Shown: piece by piece, positions 60,909 to 64,000 of the stretch
How positions within the stretch are numbered: the first letter of the stretch is position 1
Layout of the letters: every line of letters starts with the position of its first letter
Program-made: the position numbers and the translations under genes
The notes under the pieces: generated by a model
Seen by the model: the letters and a program-made list of their open reading frames with translations, nothing else
Databases searched by the model: none
Told to the model about the DNA's origin: nothing
From: an uncultured Verrucomicrobiae bacterium
Lineage (GTDB): Bacteria > Verrucomicrobiota > Verrucomicrobiia > Chthoniobacterales > JAFAMB01
DNA: 64,000 nt
Direction: 5' to 3'
Assembly (NCBI GenBank): GCA_963762565.1
Contig: CAVXLD010000007.1
Location: 384,001-448,000 of the forward strand

Positions 60909-61101
60909 GGAGTGATGGAGCGTTGGAGTTTTGGAGTAATGCAGTAGTGGGTGCTGGAGTGATCGAATAGACTAGACTCGTCAGAGTTCACATCGAGCTC
61001 GACTTCTGATACAAAGACATCCTCACCCGAAGGCAAGGCTTCTTTCGCGACAGATGTCCGAGGACCACCAACACTCCAGAACTCCGATACTCCATCACTC
61101 C
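60909..61101. repeat. inverted degenerate GGAGT-type 8-mer arrays with short core
   Basis: ggagtgatggagcgttggagttttggagt ... acactccagaactccgatactccatcactcc. Confidence 0.75.
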
Positions 61102-61153
61102 GTTTTTCCGAGCTCCACATCTAGCCGCAGCCCCAGATGCGGACACCGTCGCT

Positions 61154-61402
61154 ATGGATCCCCAGCTTTTAGCTCTCCTCCGGTGCCCTGAAACCAGAGG
61201 GGTTTTGCGCAACGCGACGCCGGGCGAACTAGAACAAATCAACACGGCGATTCGCAATTCCGATGTTCGTAATCGGAACGGAGAAAAGGTTAGTGAGCTT
61301 TTAGACGACTGTCTGATTTGCGATTCAGCCGGATTGTGTTATCCGGTTCGCGACGGCCTGCCTGTGATGTTAACCGGCGAAGCTTTCGATACCCCCCATT
61401 GA
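61154..61402 (+). CDS. Trm112-family protein
   Basis: LLALLRCPE...YPVRDGLPVML. Confidence 0.85.
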   Translation: MDPQLLALLRCPETRGVLRNATPGELEQINTAIRNSDVRNRNGEKVSELLDDCLICDSAGLCYPVRDGLPVMLTGEAFDTPH

Positions 61403-61403
61403 T

Positions 61404-62177
61404 ATGCCCCGTTTAGACATTTCCATGCCTACGTCTAAAGAAGAACGACTGTCTCCTAAACGAATTGTTCTCGATTCTCTCGATCAGAATCGGGCAATCG
61501 ATCAGGAAGAATACAAGGAAAAGCTGAAAGATTATCAGCTAACTTTGCTAAACCTGCAGCGTGCTTTGACGGAGACTAAGCACTCGGTGATAATCGTGAT
61601 TGAAGGACCGGATGCAGCCGGTAAAGGTGGTGCCATCCGGCGATTAGTGGAGAGGTTAGACCCGCGGCATTATCGGGTTTACTCGATTGTGAAACCGACT
61701 CAGGAGGAATATAAGCACCATTATCTTTGGCGTTTTTGGAACAAACTTCCTGGCTACGGCCAAATGGTGATCTTCGACCGGTCCTGGTACGGCCGACTCC
61801 TGGTCGAAAGAGTCGAAGGATTCGCTACCGGACCCGAATGGAAGCGCGCCTATCGAGAAATCAACGAGTTTGAGCGGACGTTGGTCGATGACGGAGCGGT
61901 GATTATTAAACTTTATCTCCACATCACAAAGGACGAGCAATTAAACCGTTTTAAGAGCCGGGAAGCAGACCCGCTCAAACACTGGAAGATCACTGACGAA
62001 GATTGGCGCAATCGGCGGCATTGGGATGATCATAATCACGCCGCTGAGGACATGTTTGCGGAGACCTCGACGAGTGCGGCTCCGTGGACCGTGGTGGAAG
62101 CAAACTACAAATGGTATGCCCGGCTGAAAGTCCTCAAGGCAACGATCAAGGCCATCGAATCGCTAGATTTTAAGTAA
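61404..62177 (+). CDS. ppk2: polyphosphate kinase 2 family protein
   Basis: EGPDAAGKGG, FDRSWY, WKITDED. Confidence 0.92.
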   Translation: MPRLDISMPTSKEERLSPKRIVLDSLDQNRAIDQEEYKEKLKDYQLTLLNLQRALTETKHSVIIVIEGPDAAGKGGAIRRLVERLDPRHYRVYSIVKPTQEEYKHHYLWRFWNKLPGYGQMVIFDRSWYGRLLVERVEGFATGPEWKRAYREINEFERTLVDDGAVIIKLYLHITKDEQLNRFKSREADPLKHWKITDEDWRNRRHWDDHNHAAEDMFAETSTSAAPWTVVEANYKWYARLKVLKATIKAIESLDFK

Positions 62178-62198
62178 TCGCGAATGGACGTCTGGCGC

Positions 62199-62320
62199 GG
62201 GAGGGCGCGCGTCCCCGCGCGCCGCGAGGATATACCTTAGCCCAAGGGTGTATTTTCCCCGGTGATTAGAACACGTGCTCGGCTTCGTTAACAGCGGATC
62301 GCGAGGACGCGATCCCTCCC
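62199..62320. repeat. palindromic element, family B
   Basis: gggagggcgcgcgtccccgcgcgccgcg ... gatcgcgaggacgcgatccctccc. Confidence 0.8.
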
Positions 62321-62334
62321 GGGCGAAGTCTAGG

Positions 62335-62739
62335 TCAAATGTCCGTTCCTCCAACACTACGGACAGAGACGTGGATGTTATAGGGCGGTACCTCGTCAAA
62401 CGCGTCCGGACGAAGGCTGAGCAAACGCTCACGAATCTGAAAAAGGTGCTGTAAATCAAGGCCTTCAACCTTGATTTCGCCGGTGGAAAAGATTGCGCTC
62501 AAGCGGGGTTGCGGGTTGTCGACGATTTCGATGCTAAGGAGATCGTTGAGGAAAAGGCTGACCTGGACCTGCGTCTGGGTGGATTGCTGGCTGCGGGCGG
62601 TGATCGGTATTTTGTCCATAAGCACTGAAGGGGAAACAGCCGGGAGCCAGAATCCAGGCGCCAGGAGGCGGTTGGGTAACGCTGGCGCCACAAGGGCAGT
62701 CACCTCTTCGTACGGTAAGTCAGTATTCAATACCATCAC
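62335..62739 (-). CDS. hypothetical protein
   Basis: 134-aa ORF, no motif recognised. Confidence 0.5.
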   Translation of the reverse strand: MMVLNTDLPYEEVTALVAPALPNRLLAPGFWLPAVSPSVLMDKIPITARSQQSTQTQVQVSLFLNDLLSIEIVDNPQPRLSAIFSTGEIKVEGLDLQHLFQIRERLLSLRPDAFDEVPPYNIHVSVRSVGGTDI

Positions 62740-62951
62740 GCGTCGGCAACCCCAACCTCTGGTTTCAGCTCACCGTGTTGTCGGCGCTGACGGCGTTGAC
62801 GGCGTTTCCTGCAGGGTGACTCACTGGTCCCGTGTCTGGGATTTCATGTTCCCGATTTTGGGACGATTCTTGGTACCTCTGGACCATGCTCTTGATGCTA
62901 AGATAGCGTAACTTATTCGTAATGAAATAGTTACGAGCAATTACCTTACCT

Positions 62952-62966
62952 TGGCACGGGGCTTGC
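62952..62966 (+). promoter_or_regulatory. sigma-54 promoter TGGCACG-N4-TTGC
   Basis: Exact -24/-12 consensus, 22 bp before an ATG. Confidence 0.6.
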
Positions 62967-62988
62967 GTTAGGAAGAGAACGTAGCCCC

Positions 62989-63114
62989 ATGAACGAATTC
63001 AAAACCGGACTCTTAATGCTGTTGGTTTGCGCAGCCTTTTATGTGCTGGCAGATCCGAGAGTCTGGGGAGGATTGTGCCAATTGGTTGGCCATCTGATGG
63101 GAGGAGCTAACTGA
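62989..63114 (+). CDS. putative 41-aa small membrane peptide
   Basis: MNEFKTGLLMLLVCAAFYVLADPRVWGGLCQLVGHLMGGAN; purine-rich leader. Confidence 0.4.
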   Translation: MNEFKTGLLMLLVCAAFYVLADPRVWGGLCQLVGHLMGGAN

Positions 63115-63382
63115 GAGCGAGTCTTTATGCGCGTTGTGTCCAACCCGTTTTCAGGAATGCACTCCCGTTGCCGTCTGAGCAGTCTTTGGGAACGGCAGCG
63201 CCAGATCGGGGCAAATTTTTCCACGGTTGTCTGCGAAGGTTTTGAGGCAGTTAACGTCTGCGGGGGGCCATGCCTCGGAGCTTTCAAGGCAGGCGGCCGG
63301 GTAACCTGTTTGTTGCCCGGCCGCTACCAAACCGCCGCGCTCAGATATCTGGGGATTTCTGAGCGCGGGACTCTTTATTCCA

Positions 63383-63578
63383 GGAGCTAGGAGCTAGAAT
63401 CTAGGAGCTAGGAGAGGCGTTTGCAGCGGAGCGGATCCGCTGGATAGCAAACGGCTTCAGGGGTGGAACGGATGGGACCTATAGGACCTATGGGACTAAT
63501 ATGACTGGCGGACCACGCGCGGGAACGCCTTTATGCCGATCGGCTCTCCTAGCTCCTAGATTCTAGCTCCTAGCTCCT
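63383..63578. repeat. inverted 7-mer arrays (AGGAGCT)n / (AGCTCCT)n with nested GGACCTAT units
   Basis: Directly visible. Confidence 0.85.
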
Positions 63579-63627
63579 GCGCTGATTACTGAACCTACAG
63601 ATTACTTCAGTCGCGACCGCTCCTCGC

Positions 63628-64000
63628 TCACAGTGTCTCTGGATTCTCCAGTAAGGCCACGAGCCGACTAATCAGCTTCCCAGAGGCGCCGCCGTCGATA
63701 ACGCGATGATCAAAGGTCACGGTGAGGTCCGCCATCTGTTTCGGCTTGAATTGGGAGGTTGCGTCGTCCCAGACAGGGCGTTTTTCTCCGCGCCCTAAAC
63801 CGACGATCAAGGTTTCGGTCGGCTGCGGGATAGGCGTTCCCCAGGTGATTCCAAGCGGACCGAAATTCGTCACAGAAGCAATTGCGCCTTCTCTGGCGTC
63901 TTCGGGCAGCCGGCGGGTTCTCGCTGCCGCCACTAGTTGCTGGTATTTCTCTCCAAGCTCAGAGAGGGGCTCTTTATCGAGGCTGTTTAACACAGGAACA
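63628..64000 (-). CDS. 2-oxo acid dehydrogenase E2 acyltransferase, C-terminal part (runs off the window)
   Basis: SVTNFG, TFDHRVIDG. Confidence 0.85.
   Translation of the reverse strand, partial: VPVLNSLDKEPLSELGEKYQQLVAAARTRRLPEDAREGAIASVTNFGPLGITWGTPIPQPTETLIVGLGRGEKRPVWDDATSQFKPKQMADLTVTFDHRVIDGGASGKLISRLVALLENPETL

Overview
64 kb of bacterial chromosome, probably a soil Verrucomicrobiota (Chthoniobacterales-like); the taxonomy is inferred from DUF5069 and the gene and repeat style. The left ~38 kb is a carbon-storage and propionyl-CoA region. It holds prpC, a LysR regulator, phaR, two duplicated phasin-phaE-phaC units around bktB-phaB, a methylmalonyl-CoA mutase/MeaB/ScpB operon, CHAD, a Pat-like acyl-CoA ligase/GNAT, pckA, six USP genes, and decayed pct and gap fragments. 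The right part is mostly housekeeping genes (cobB, nuoBC, ECF/anti-sigma, lepA-lepB, hpnD, mtnA, zwf, moeB, ppk2). The intergenic DNA is dense with palindromic elements. Highlights: (1) an 803-nt ORF-less group II intron sits precisely inside the hairpin arm of a REP/REPIN element, and a HUH (RAYT/IS200-like) transposase gene with the same arms lies in the window; (2) a four-helix-bundle (IVP-like) gene is enclosed by long inverted 8-mer tandem arrays, with many cargo-less inverted tandem-repeat elements elsewhere; (3) the gene set suggests PHBV synthesis from succinyl-CoA. All calls come from motif recognition by eye; no database searches were run.
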